Below are positions 46,127 through 63,360 of a stretch of 64,000 nucleotides of DNA, piece after piece; positions within the stretch are counted from its first letter, which is position 1; each line of letters opens with the position of its first letter. Below the pieces are notes generated by a model. That model made no database searches, was not told the origin of the DNA, and was given only the letters and a program-made list of their open reading frames with translations. This DNA comes from Octopus vulgaris (taxonomy: Eukaryota): the NCBI GenBank assembly GCA_951406725.2, contig OX597822.1, positions 7,812,001 through 7,876,000 of the forward strand, given 5' to 3'. Made by a program: the position numbers and the translations under genes.

Positions 46127-46285
46127 ATAATAATAATGGTAAAGATAATAATAATAATAATAATAATGGTAATGATAATAATAATAACAATAATAATAAC
46201 AATAATAATAATAATAATAATAATAATGATAATAATAATAATAAAAATAATAATAATAATAATTAAGAAAAAAGAAAAAGAAAGC

Positions 46286-46331
<46 letters not shown>

Positions 46332-46482
46332 TTGGTGATGATGGTGATTATAATGATGATTATGATGCTGATGAGGAAAACCGAAAAAGTCAGTGGAGAA
46401 AGGGTAGGAAGGACAATGGCTACAAGTGTGGTAAACAAGATAAAATGAATAGGTGAAAGAAAGGGCAGTAGTAGTAGTTGTA

Positions 46483-46518
<36 letters not shown>

Positions 46519-46522
46519 GTAT

Positions 46523-46558
<36 letters not shown>

Positions 46559-46561
46559 CAA

Positions 46562-46596
<35 letters not shown>

Positions 46597-46599
46597 AAA

Positions 46600-46639
<40 letters not shown>

Positions 46640-46645
46640 CAGCAA

Positions 46646-46691
<46 letters not shown>

Positions 46692-46732
46692 GGTGGTAGT
46701 AGTAATAGTAGTAGTAGTAGTAGTAATAGTAA

Positions 46733-46775
<43 letters not shown>

Positions 46776-46776
46776 C
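46058..46776. repeat. Compound trinucleotide microsatellite block (ACT)n/(AAT)n/(GAT)n/(AGT)n
   Basis: Directly visible; (ACT)n and (AGT)n are mutually complementary. Confidence 0.96.
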
Positions 46777-47639
46777 GTAAATGTGTTGTAAGTTTAGTGA
46801 TTGTAAGTTGTGTAGGGTTAATACAATGAAGAAGAATCTGTCAAATGTCCTCCGAGACCGTAAGTTAAAAGCTCATTTTTCAATTTTTTGATAGTCATGT
46901 GTACCACACGAACTATTTTTTTTTTCAGTAATGAAAAATGAACTTCACAGATAAATGTAATTAAAATAAAACCCCAAAAAGAATTTAAAAAGTCAATATT
47001 TTCAGTTAATTAGGTTTCGTAATTTTAATATTCATTCTTTTTTTTTTCATTATAACGATAGACAATTAAAAAAAACCGTAAACAAATGCAAAAATCATTA
47101 TGGCTTGTTGATTAAATTATCATACGTTTTGTACTAAAATTAATATCCATTGATTATATGATAACTTTTATGTTACAATAATTGGTGTTATTAATTAGAT
47201 TATGAAACGATCGGTGATAGAATCAAGTTTATTGATTAGATTAAAGATGTTCAGTACGTAACTTCGGAGTTAACTATCAGATTAGTTCTAATAGTTTAAC
47301 ATGTTTATCTTTTTCCTAAAAGAAACTAAATAAACATCAGCCAAAGTGATTTATTAAGGAATTCAAAATTGACATGATTGTTACAAATAGAAAAATCGAA
47401 CATTCACAAAGCTATCTATTATAAGATATAAACAGTCGACTATCAGGCTCCATCTGCTTATCAATGTTGGAATGTAACACTAACTGCATTATCTCAAACT
47501 ATACGTAAATATCTATTAAAATACGTAAATATATAACTATCGCAATCATCTTCCCTATCGGCTGCATTATTGATGCTGTTATTCAAATAGAATCAATAGA
47601 TCGTCGGTTAAAATGCTTTTAGATATTTGTTTTGAATTC

Positions 47640-47822
47640 AGTTCAGTATTTAAGAGATGAGGAATTATGCACACTATTTATATTATTTACATTTGACAGA
47701 TATTTGTCCTCATCTTGTTAGTTGTTAACGCAAAGTTTCGGCTGATATACGCTCCAGCCTTCGTCATGTGTCTTGGAGAAATTTCGAACTTGGGTTCTCA
47801 TTCCTAAGGTATTTTTCGATAC

Positions 47823-47903
<81 letters not shown>

Positions 47904-48990
47904 CATCATTGTTATGCAGAATCTTGGGGTTAGTAGTCGGCGCCCTTAACCACTACGCCCGTGGGCAATTATCGAGTGAATTTTATGGCTTATAAATCTA
48001 ATATTCTCCTGTCCGCCCTTAATACCGATTCCCATATTCTATTCATATCTGAACTCGGTCTGCTTAGGAGGTTGTTGTGTCCTAGCATATGTGCTGTTTC
48101 TTTTAGTTTTCGTATTTTGTAGTAGTGTTCTCTATTATTTTAACTTTATCTCACAGGGAGAAGTCGTCTCCATTTTTACCATTTTTACAAGAAGTGGGTG
48201 TAGCTACGGGTTCGCCATTATCACCGATAATAGCCAATATATTCATGGAATACTTTGAGAATTTGGCTCTAGGATCAACACCACTAAAACCAACACTATG
48301 GCTGTGATTTCTTGATGATACCTTTATACTCTGGCCCCGCCAGGAAGATGCCCAAGTGCTGTTAGATCATGTGAACTCACTAAAGCCATCCATACAGTTC
48401 ACAATGGAAAAAAGTCTATAAGCTACCATTCCTGGACATATCAATAACACGCTTCAAATATCCGTATACCGCAAAGCGACCTTCATTAGAGGATACATCA
48501 ACCTTAATTGCCACCATCCTTACAGTGTAAAGACAGGGATTGTTCAGTACCTAAAACATAGAGCAAAGGATATAAGTAGCGATTGTGATGCCCAACAGGA
48601 AGAAATAATCAAGCTCAGTAACAATCTATTAAGCAGCAACTACTCCCAAAACTTACTACCCACTCCAGTCTTGAAGAAAAGGGGGGACGACCCCAATAAA
48701 CTGACCACAGTCTGTCTACCCTATGTGAAAATCCACTCCGAAAAGATACAAAAGATATGCGGCCCATATGACATCAGGACAGTATTCAAGTGTAATACAA
48801 CACTTTGCAAATACCTCCTTCAAGTAAAACCACCATAGAAGAGAATATGGCTTAGGAATGAGAACCTATGTTCGAAATTTCTCCAAGACACCTGTTGAAG
48901 GCTGGGGGTATATCAACTGAAAAATTGTATTAACAACAAACAAGATGAGGACAAATATCTGTCAAATATAAATAATGTAAATATAATTCT
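47640..48990. mobile_element. Rearranged Penelope-like element: RT core (+) back-to-back with endonuclease C-terminus/3' UTR/pLTR (-)
   Basis: Plus strand 48180-48840: GVATGSPLSPIIANIFMEYFE, FLDDTF, SIQFTMEK, LPFLDI, CLPYV. Minus strand 48125-47990: RKLKETAHM..NLLSRPS..MNRIW. pLTRs at 47645-47820(-) and 48850-48985(+). Confidence 0.88.
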
Positions 48991-51039
48991 GAATTTTTAG
49001 ATTCTTTTTTCATATCCTGCTCATGTCATCTAATTACCTATTAATGTGATTGACTCTTAACGCTCTCAAAGTTCTCTTTGTAATTAGTACGGAATGTTTG
49101 TGAAAGAAAAAATTCTTCAACCTAATTGAAAGCCTGCATATTACCAAATAATGAATTTAATTTTCCATTTGATACAAAATCGAAATGTAGGCTTAAGTTC
49201 GAGATGAAGAAGTTCACCATTACTTATAGCATGATTTTGCATGTTTTCTTAACCAATACAATATCTTTCAATGTAATAACAGAATGCGGTGACAACAATT
49301 TTCATTGAATATTACTATGTCTATTTTGAGTATACCAATTTCATTAAATGAAAATGGAATCTAGCAAAGCTTTGTGACTGGGTGAACAAAAAGCTGGAAA
49401 AATACAAATCATTTTTAGGCACTTAGAAACCAACAGGCGCCATCATTAGTCTGCCGTATTTTATGATTTTCCCTTGTAGTAGCATTCGTTTCCACGCAAA
49501 GCATGATCCATTGTATTATTTCTGGCAGCGCTGTCATTTACTTAGAGTATATTTCATCACTTATCACAAATGCCACAAGTATTCACACTAGAGTAAGGTA
49601 CCTTGCAAAAGTTAATATTAATCCAATTTTGTCGAGAGATATCCGGTCTTTATGTTTGCAAATCTGAGTTCGATATTTGAATACAACTGTTATGTTAGAA
49701 TTTAGCTGTATCGCTGAATCCCTTTAGTTTCTTTTTAATATTTAACTTCTTGATAAACATTATTTATGATGACCAGGAATGATAGATTACAGATTGACTA
49801 TCCAGTTCTCTTTTCTTCTTCATTTATTTTGCATGCAACAATATCCCTTATTAATTAGGTTATGAAATCAATACTAAGGCGGAGAGCTAGCAGAATCGTT
49901 AGCACGCCAGGCAAATTGCTTTGCGGTTTTTTAAGTACGTCCTAGACTATTTTTTTACAATTTTCAGTCCTTCCTAGTGAGAATTTTGTACCCATAATCG
50001 TTTTGCATTGTAAATGCTCCATTCACTAACATATAGCATTAACTTGCAACATAGTATAACTTAACAATGATATTTTCATTGACCAAAAAACTCATTGTCA
50101 GTTTGTGTATTTTCCGTCGCCTATAGATCCCTCTTTCACCTGTTTTATTATTGTACCGTCTTCATTTTCATTCAGAGATTTATTATTGCTTGCAGACAGT
50201 TTTTCGAAATCAGTGACAGAAGTTACTGGGAAAAACATTATATAGATATTTGCAAACAGGTTCCCTCATCGAAAACCGGTGATTGCCGTACGTTGACAAG
50301 AGGCAAATACCTCGAAACTGCAGTCCGTGCGTATCACTTAGGTTTACGAGAGAGGGATGACCTCCCTTTGCAAATACCAGAAGTGCACAGAAAGTGTGTC
50401 TAAAGCCAGCTGGAGACGATGATCTCCTGGGGCTAAAAGCTACAGTAACACCCACCCTTAGTGGTTAGCCATATTGAGATGGCTAGTATACTTTACGTTA
50501 TATTTTAATTGTTTGTCTTTTATCATATAATTCTTACTGAGGCTATTAGTTTCAATAATTTTGTATTTTCTCCGAACCAGAAGAATATCTTTTAATTTTT
50601 GTTCGATTTGTATGTTAGACATAAATATTACGATAATTGTTTACCATCACATAGTAAAAATTCTGTGCCAAACACAACATTAAGTTATAGAAAATGTGTA
50701 GTAAAAGCAAATTATCTGTTATTTCTGTTATTTATTGTATCATTTTCCAGGATCGTTTTAATTCGCCTTCATTCCGTATATATATAACAGTTGTTTTTGA
50801 ATTTCATTTACGCACGACTATAACTTGTGTTCCGATACACCTGATATATCGAATTCGAAATATGTATATCGATATTTTCTCCAGAATGCTACTTGTACTT
50901 TAAAGTTTTCAATGTTTCTTTAACGGAATTTAGTATTTCTTTCTATTTTTCATAACCTTTTTCTGGCAGTAGTCTATATCAATACCATTATGATTATCAT
51001 AATCTTCGTCGTTGTCATTATTACGGTTGTCGTCATTCT

Positions 51040-51301
<262 letters not shown>

Positions 51302-51399
51302 GATCTTTGGTTTATTTACAACATTCAGTTTCCCTGGTTCTTAATATTGGTTCTCTTCTCGTTATATTCACTGCTGACGTACGTACAATTACATTTTGA

Positions 51400-53550
<2,151 letters not shown>

Positions 53551-53739
53551 TCTATAAATTTTTATTATTTATTTAGTCGCTGTCATATACCCTTTACATT
53601 AAACTTTGCTATTTTACTTTCATTTAATAAATATACTTAGCTTCCTTTCAGACTAACGTAAATTGGATTCAGCATTGCAATGGGACTGAACGTGAAACGA
53701 CGAAGGTGCAAAGCGAATGCATTCACTACATAGTTCTAC

Positions 53740-54140
53740 CTATTTCTTTACTACCCACAAGGGGCTAAACACAGAGAGTGAACAAACAAGGACAGACAAA
53801 CGGATTAGGTCAATTAAATCGACCCCAGTGGGTAACTGGTACTTAGATTATCGACCCCAAAAGGATGAACGGCAATTTGAACTCAGAACGTTTCGGCGGA
53901 CGAAATACCTATTTCTTTACTAACTACAAGGGGCTAAACACAGAGAGGACAAACAAGCACAGACAAATGGATTAAGTCGATTATATCGACCCCAGTGCGC
54001 AACTGGTACTTATTTAATCGACCCCGAAAGGATGAAAGGCAAAGTCTACCTCGGCAGAATTTGAACTCAGAACGTAAACGCAGACGAAATACCTCTAAGC
54101 ATTTCGCCCGGCGTGCTAACGTTTCTGCCAGCTCGCCGCC
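53740..54140 (-). mobile_element. SINE family A tandem dimer
   Basis: Junction gacgaaatacc/tatttcttt at ~53910; TSD ttcactacatagttctac on both sides. Confidence 0.92.
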
Positions 54141-54507
54141 TTTTCACTACATAGTTCTACTTCCATCAGTTGTGATAATTTTCTGTAAATAAAATATTTT
54201 TCTCCATGCATTTGTTTATAATTTACTGCATGAATATTATTCTATTTATTCTATTTTTCTGTTATATTCGCTGTGGGATAATATCATGGATGCCATAACT
54301 ATCAAATACTGACCATATTTTAGATTGACTAAAAAGCAAAAATAGTTATAATTAAAATTCAGATGTATTCTTGAATGGTTTCTTTCTGTATCGCCCGATC
54401 GAAAATATATCCACGAATATTCCTGCATGGTTCTCTGAAGGAACGTTATTCACTGTGTTACATTTCTTGAAAGCAGACATTTTAATCCTTTGGGTGCCTC
54501 ACTGCTG

Positions 54508-54540
<33 letters not shown>

Positions 54541-54543
54541 ATG

Positions 54544-54612
<69 letters not shown>

Positions 54613-54648
54613 GTAAAGATAATAATAATAATAATAATAATTGTAATG

Positions 54649-54716
<68 letters not shown>

Positions 54717-54757
54717 AAAGACAACAACCACAGCAACAGTAATAATCTTTTCTACAT

Positions 54758-55007
54758 CCTTAAACAACCCTTATTCAGGAACCTTTTGAGCGGGATGGGC
54801 TACTCAACCTGAAGAAAATTCTAATCTGGGCCCCACCTGCAAGGTCATGTGCTGTTTATTTTGATATGAGATCACCATGTCGCGCACATATGGTTGTGAT
54901 GCATGTGCCTGGTGTACCCTTATCAGAGGGGTAGTCATGATGGGTATATTGGGCTTCGTATATTTTACCCCAGTGTCACTTTGATGGCATGCACTGCTCT
55001 CTCACTC
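54758..55007 (+). mobile_element. Short retroelement 3' segment between (AAT)n tracts
   Basis: Unique, GC-richer 250 bp ending ctctctcactc directly before (AAT)n; family unassigned. Confidence 0.5.
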
Positions 55008-55350
<343 letters not shown>

Positions 55351-55369
55351 TATCTTTTCTGCTTTTGTC

Positions 55370-55818
55370 ATGAAGGCTGAAATTTTACAGGAGGGTTCCA
55401 GTCGACTATCTCGATTCTAGTCCTTGAATTGCATTTATTTTATCAAGCTCGATAAGATGAAAGGCAAAGTTAACCTCGGTAGAACTTGAAGTTAGAACAT
55501 GAAGAAGGGCGATATGCCGCTAAGCATTTGCTCGGCGAATTAGCAGTTATTCCAGCTCACTGCCGTAACAACAGAACGTAACAGCAGACGAAATACCTAT
55601 TCCTATTTCTTTATTATCCACAAGGGGCTAAACATAGAGGGAACAAACAAGGACAGACAAACGGATTAAGTCAATCACATCGACCCCAGTGTGTATCCGG
55701 TACTTAATTTATCGACCCCGAAAGGATGAAAGGCAAAGTAGACCTCGGCGGAATTTGAACCCAGAACGTAGCGGCAGGCGAAATACCGCTAAGCATTTCG
55801 TGTGCCAGCTCACCGCCT
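55370..55818 (-). mobile_element. SINE family A composite (old copy plus young copy)
   Basis: Heads end at ~55565 and 55818. Confidence 0.85.
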
Positions 55819-55819
55819 C

Positions 55820-56160
<341 letters not shown>

Positions 56161-57559
56161 TCATACTGGTTTCAAATTTTTTCACACAAACTTAGCATGA
56201 CCAACAAGAACATCAACAGCGATAGTAATATTATCAACAACAGAAATACCGGTTTTTCATTACTACTTCTTTTTAATGAATACCAAAATGAAGGCTTCTG
56301 AGTTCATATATCTTTCTGCAATTCCAAAATATATCATTATTTTTGATGAAATACTTTTTTATACCCCAAAATGCACGAAATGGATATATTGACAACTCTG
56401 TGTAGATGTTAAATCAATATATGTAGTCAATTTTGTCTTATATGAAAAGAAAAATTCGAAAGTGTCTTGACGCATATATTAGTAACAATACTGCTTAATT
56501 AATGGGAAATGTTTACATGATGATAATTTTTTGTGATTTCTATTGCTTCATAACAGTTTCAGTAGAAATTTCAACAAATATTAGCACCCAACGTCTTTTA
56601 TCTATAATAAACTTGTCTTCTTTTACATTTCTTCACAATCCGTCGTCGTAGAGCGCTAATGTTTTACTTTTTCGCTATTTTTCTTTCATATTTCCTGAGA
56701 TTTCGTTTTACATTTAACTTAATATGTTACATCGAAACTTATAAGTTTATATTTTTTATGCAGTTTACAATGAAAACAACACCGACAAACTTGCTCATCA
56801 ATTTAAAAGGACCGTCTCCTTGCTCCAAGCATGGGTAATTGCAAAGCAATCTCAGAGAAATGAGTGTAAAAGATGCCCCAAGAGGACAATAAATTTCAAA
56901 TCTACAATATACATCTTCCTATGATAAAATTGTAAAATGTTTCTTATTCATATGCTATAGTTAAAATATACTTTCAGTAATCCCATATTGAGAAAATATG
57001 TTCACAGAACTGAGGCTAATATACAAAAATATTTCGCGGGTACAAATGTGCTGCTTACAATAAGAATTATAAAAGGATATGGTGTTCATAAGAATATCTT
57101 CCCGAGTTGGAGGACATTTGCACAGGAATGGGCAATAATTAATCACTGATTGAAAAGAAATAATAACGAACAGAAGGGCTCAAATAATGTTGCTCAATGA
57201 CGAACGTACATACTAATGATTTTCAAGCAGGTACCGCAAAGTAAAAGCTCAAAAATAAAAACAAAAAGATTCAACAAAATAACAATAAATAATGAAAAGA
57301 TCAATGATTACTTTTCACTCACGTCTTAATAACTGTTTCAAATTTTGGCATAACGCCAGCAATTTCGTGGGAGGGATGAGTCAATTATATCGCCCCCAAA
57401 TCGCAACTAGTACTTAATTTATCGGCCCTGTAATGATGAAAAGAAAATTCGACACCTACGGACTTTTAGACTCAGAGCGTAAAGCAGACGATACGCCGCT
57501 GATCGTTTTGCCAACAAGTTTGCCAGCTTACCGCCTCAATCGCTTAGCAGTATCACATT

Positions 57560-60500
57560 AAATGTAATATATAGATGGGATTGAAATAAAAGACATTGCC
57601 GCAGAGTTCATACAAAACTGTGTAGTTATATTCGAAATGGAAGAACATTCCACGATCTAAAAATGTCAACTACAAAAGTGGAATGTGTGAGTAAAAGAGG
57701 CACATCGTCTACTTTTTAATTCTATAGAATCATGATGAGAGAAATATTAGAGAGTGAAATTAAATGACATCCGGTATTCTTTCCTGATCACATTGCTGTC
57801 AAGATTGATTAACGTAACTTTCAGGGTTGATATCTAGGACGGAGAGGTTCAGTATTGTGGGCTTTTCTTCGTCATCTCTCTGTCTTTCTGTCATTCACTC
57901 TCTCCCTCTCTCGCTGTCTCTTTCTTAGTATGTAAAAGAAATAAGCTTTGTTAACATTTAAGGACGAATGTTGTGGATAGAATTATAATGTTCAAAACAT
58001 GTATTTCACAACGGCGAGCTAACGATTGACCCAAGAAAGAAAACAAATACTAACAATCATCTATCAAAGTGACTATCAAGTTGATCTCAATGACATGCTG
58101 TTTGAAAACCCTCACCGATACAACAGCATTTGGACCTGGACAACGACAACTCAAACCATAGATGTGGCAATGGTTGTTTCAGTAGGTGAGCTGAGTATAA
58201 GTAGAGGTGCGAGTCATTTCAATTTCATACATTTAAACTCTGTATTCATTTCTCGTATTTGAACTCATCTGTATGAGTAAATACAAAAAGTATTTTCAAA
58301 GTGACAGTAAGTCTCTATCACATATATACAGGAAGGGGACAAGCAACAGGGAAAAGGTGCCCCTTTGAAGATAGTTATCAAATAAAGAAACATACTAACC
58401 ATATTTGTCATATAGTTTCTTTGACAGTGTGTAAAAATTCCCTAGTAAAATTGAAAGATACATTCGCTACGGGGACTGATGCATAGTTCATCTGCAATAT
58501 AATCTCTGATATTACATATATTACTGCAGATAAATGCGTGCATATATGATATTAACATCCCGAAAACCCACACGGTGCTCTATTAGGAAAGAAGTATGGC
58601 ATTCTTCGCCAATTTTTCACTTAAACTCATCGCCAAATTATCTTGTCAGAAACAAAGTATTTTCATTATTATTATTTTCACTATATTGTCTTAACAAGGC
58701 CGCCAGCTGGCAGAAACTTTAGCGCCCCAGGCGAAATGCTTACCGGTTTTTCGTTCTGAGTTCAAATTCTGCTGACGTCGACTTTGCCTTTCATCCTTTA
58801 ATTAATTAAGTACCAGTTCAAAACTAAGGTCGATCTAATCGACTGACCCCCTTCCTAAAACTTCCGGGCCTTGTACTTACAGTAGAAAAGAGTATATTGT
58901 CTTAAAGGTGCTATAATTTCACTTGGAGAATAGTTTATCTCATATAGCAAGTATAACGCTAGAAATGGAAGGTAAATACGCTTCTCGACACTTAAAGTTA
59001 TTTATGCATGAAGTGTGTGACGGCATTTCATGAAGTTGGTAACTAAATATGTCATGATATGAATGATTACGGCTCATTTATAAAGCTACATAAGTGCATA
59101 TACAAAATAATGAAGCATGCAAATGAAATTGTTGCAGCCCTAACGTAAACAAATAATAAAAGAATGTAGGAAGGGAACGGAATTCCTCCGTTAATATTTG
59201 ATTATAATATTTAATATCTATCTGATATTTTGAGAACAGCCATATTGATAATATACAAATATTATGGATGCTCCAGAGATCCTCTAGCGCTACAAACCTA
59301 CCATATCACAATTAAATTGTTGATCAATCACTGTATATGCTATGATAAAATCAATATTTAGACAAATGCCAGAGAATTTCACACAGTCAGTTGAATTGTC
59401 GTTGCTTAAATATTCAGGTCCCAAAATCTGTATATTTTTATTGGAGAGAATTCAGAATAAGGCAACATAACAAGGGAGCAGAAATGCCTGGTTTCATTCG
59501 TCTCATTATTTGTTGATAATGTGAATAATAACGGATTAAGTGTGAACTTATCTACTGAATAATGCATACATACATGCTTTGATACATACATATGAACATG
59601 CTCACATATATGTGAGTGTATATCTATGTTTGACGTATTCATATATTCAAACCATTTCGAACATTAAAAAGCGAAGTAATACTATTTTTTGGTGTTCAAG
59701 AAATAAATTCATTGGATTTGAAGGAATAAAAACGTAACTGATATACACATATACTATAATTTCACCGTCATCTGTTTTACAGCATACCTGCCCAGACCGT
59801 TGTGAAATTTAATACACTCCCATTTGACCACTCGGGGCATTTTAACCTGTTTCTCTTCACTTGATTACCACTATAAAATCCTTTCTATTGTAGGCTCAAC
59901 GAATGTAATTTTGGGGGAAGTGGCAAGTTGATTACATGGACCTCAGTGCTCAACTGGTTTTTATTCCATCGATCCTGAAATGATGAAAAGAAAAATCGAT
60001 CTCGGTAGAATTTGAACTCAGAACTTAAATAAGGATGAAATCCCGCTAAGCATTCTACTCGCCGCCGCCTTATTTGCCGAATCACCAGTGAATTCGACAC
60101 TAGCATCTACGCGATGTTTGCAGAATTATTATTGTTATTTTCAAATTTAATACTTGTCAATAAATAAAAAATATTACCAGATTATAGCAGGGTTTCCATC
60201 AGGAATATTATTGTAATTCTTTTGTTTTGTATTCACCTCACGCTCTGTATGTTTATATACTCAGACACTTGCATACAAAAATACAGGTAACAGCATTACT
60301 TGCACGGACATAGAAAGCAACACAAGTGCACACGCACATCTCATGAAAGAATTATATATTATATTTCAGCCCATATTTCATACATTGATTCCCCAATTCC
60401 TTATGTCCTCTATCATTTTGCTCCAGTATATCACAGGCAGTAGGATAAAGAAATGAGAGTAAGGGGTCTCTAAACAGCCATTAACACCTAAGTGAAGAAA

Positions 60501-61050
60501 AGCAAAAGGAAAAAACAAACAAACATATAAATAAAAGAATTTTCAGTCACTCAGAATGGAAAGTAGTTCACATATTCAGCTGTTCAAACTATATCATTCG
60601 GCGAAACTAATTCTCTAATCAAAAATATGTCTGGTATAATATTTGTTATTATTCATCAAATGTGGCAGACGTGATTTAATCAATGTTCACTGCCGTGACT
60701 TATATTTCATTCTCGTATTAAAGCAAAAAAAAAGGAAAACCATTATGGCTGCTATTCAATAGAATTGAATGCGTTTATTTCAGTTTCATCATTCCAGGAA
60801 TACCTGATGATTAACAATAGTATGTCGGTGATGATTGAGTTATATACTGCTAATCGGTGATTTATATGCAGTCATCTTTGAGAAATGGTGGATATAAATA
60901 GAATGTATGGAACGAAATTGGTACCATTTCACCAACTGTAGTCAGCCAGTATTGGAAGACATCTCTAACATATCTCTTCCAACTTCGTTCACAAAAAGAG
61001 GCAGCGTAATACTTGATCAACGTGAATGAACGAGTCTATAGGCTATAATG
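57560..61050 (-). pseudogene. Decayed TLR-like relic 10
   Basis: MLEMSSN, NAFNSIE, GPEYLSN, RNYMTNM (LRR-like); TM TTIATSMV*VVVVQVQMLLYR* (~58175-58110); ISLIMIL..VPLLL. Confidence 0.4.
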
Positions 61051-61131
61051 AAATAATGGTCACGTCTGTTGATACGCACACACATTCACATAGACACATA
61101 TCTGTGTGAATATATGTAAAGATATATATAT

Positions 61132-61194
<63 letters not shown>

Positions 61195-61319
61195 AAGGTA
61201 TATATATATATATATAATTTTTTTTTCAGAATGAGATAAAAAAACCAAAGCTCTGAAGATTTGATAACATTTATAAATAGGTCTTACAACTGTTTCTGGG
61301 ATTTTTTATATCCCTTCAT

Positions 61320-61375
<56 letters not shown>

Positions 61376-61381
<6 letters not shown>

Positions 61382-61657
61382 AATCACGTGACCGACCAGA
61401 CCATCAGATGTTGCTACACATCGCTGGTCACAATGCGTTCGCATTGTTTTAGCCTTTGAATGACGCCACCCCGCTGGCTAAGCGAGCAGACCAACAGACG
61501 AAAGAGTACAGTAGGGATCACCGACCCCTGCCGGAGCGTCGTGGAGCTTTTAGGTGTTTTCGATCAATAAACACACACAACGCCCGGTCTGGGAATCGAA
61601 ACCGCGATCCTACGACCGCGACTCCGCTGCCCTAACCACTGGGTCATTGCGCCTCCA
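61376..61657 (-). mobile_element. tRNA-derived SINE family C
   Basis: Head tggaggcgcaatgacccagtggttagggc...ggtttcgattccc; tail cacgtgattacgtgat. Confidence 0.85.
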
Positions 61658-61659
61658 TA

Positions 61660-61736
<77 letters not shown>

Positions 61737-62128
61737 ATATATATGTATGTATGTATGTATATGTATATTTATGTGTAAAACTGTGGTTGTATGTGTGTAT
61801 ACGAGAGGGTGTGTGTTTTTACAGAGTAGGCTCATATCCCACACGTACACCAAACGCTGAACTATATGGAAAATCCCTAGCGTACGTTAGTATTCCTACG
61901 TCAGGAATTGATTGCAAGTTGGAGTAGTAAAAGGGTGAGGAGCAGAAACTTAAACATACCTCAATTGCAATCGTCACTCTGCACCCTAAATAGATCTTTC
62001 ATCCAAAATACAATGTCTGCTTCTGAATATCATCATTGAAATTTAGATATTATTAATAAAAGAAATGAATATATTCCTATGTGATTTCGTATAATGATTT
62101 GTTTAAGCTAAAACACGCAGGCGCACGA

Positions 62129-62178
<50 letters not shown>

Positions 62179-62231
62179 GCGTACACACTCTCACACACAC
62201 TCTCACAAATACACACGCACACTCACACATG

Positions 62232-63360
62232 GCATGGGAAATTGCGATCAAGAGAAAAAATATTCTCAAGATTATAAACCTGGAAAATTACAGGACAAGT
62301 TATTACACTTGGAAAAGTTCAGGACAGCTTATTAACATCTGGTAAAGTACAGAACAGGAAATGTTTTACTTAAAATATTGCAGCTAAGGATAAAATTTCA
62401 AATAATTTTATAGATATAGAAAATATTACCTTTTATTAATACTAAAAAATTTGATGTCATCTCATAAAAATTTATTACTTCTATTTGTTATTACTTGTTA
62501 CTTCTACAGTTCTATATTAAAGAGATGAGGAATTATGTACATTATTAACATTATTTACATTTGAAAATATTTGTCCTCATTTTGTTTATTGTTAACACAA
62601 CGTTTCGGCTGATATGCCCACCAGCTTTCATCACGTATCTTGGGGAAATTTCGGACCTGGGTTCTCATTCCTAAGGTATTTTCGATGTTAATATTATTAA
62701 TATCTATTACGCCATATGCCCACGGGCAAACATAAATAATGTAAACAATTGTTATTTCTATTAAACATTTTTAAAATGACTCAAAATGATTTTTTTCATT
62801 TTAAAATTATTCATTTTTAAATCATTAATTAATAATTAGAAATTAGAAATAATGTTATAAAAATAGTAGTAGTACATAGTAAGTACAATAAAGAGAATAA
62901 TACAAAAATTGGTATATATTACAGTAAAATCTGCTTATAACAACAAATTGACTATAAAATTTGCTTGAGTTGTTGCCTAGGATATTTCCATGTCTTCGCA
63001 TTTCTAATTTTGACTCAATGCCAATTTTTTGCATAATGAATTTACCTAGCATATATACTGTTCTATGTTGCATTTTTAAGTAATTTTGTATTTCTGAGTA
63101 TACTAGTGGGTCAATATTTTAACAAAATGACGGTACATTTTTAAAATTATAATGTTACTTTGGAAATTAAAATCAAATAATTTTTGATATGCAAATTTTA
63201 TATTTAGCTGCAATGTTTTAAGCAAAAGTTTTCTTGTTCATTACTCTACTAGATGTAATAAGCTGTCGTGAACTTTTCCAAGTGCAATACCTTGTCCAGT
63301 CATTTTCCAGGCTTATTATCTTAAGAATATTATTTCTCTTGCTCGCATTTTTCCATGTAA
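62232..63360. mobile_element. Old MITE/fold-back-like element with ~165-bp diverged terminal inverted repeats
   Basis: 62232-62400 matches the reverse complement of 63193-63360 (cacttggaaaagttca.gacagcttatta; attgcagctaa). Confidence 0.75.
62505..62730 (-). mobile_element. Short PLE pLTR copy with hammerhead motif
   Basis: gatac GTGATGA aagctgg...tcagcc GAAAC GTT gtgtt; same pLTR as 12685, 41775, 47645 and 48850. Confidence 0.85.

Noticed and set aside
61585-61657. Functional tRNA gene (also 10480-10548 and 42025-42090)
   Set aside because: Acceptor stems do not pair and the sequences continue into repeat bodies
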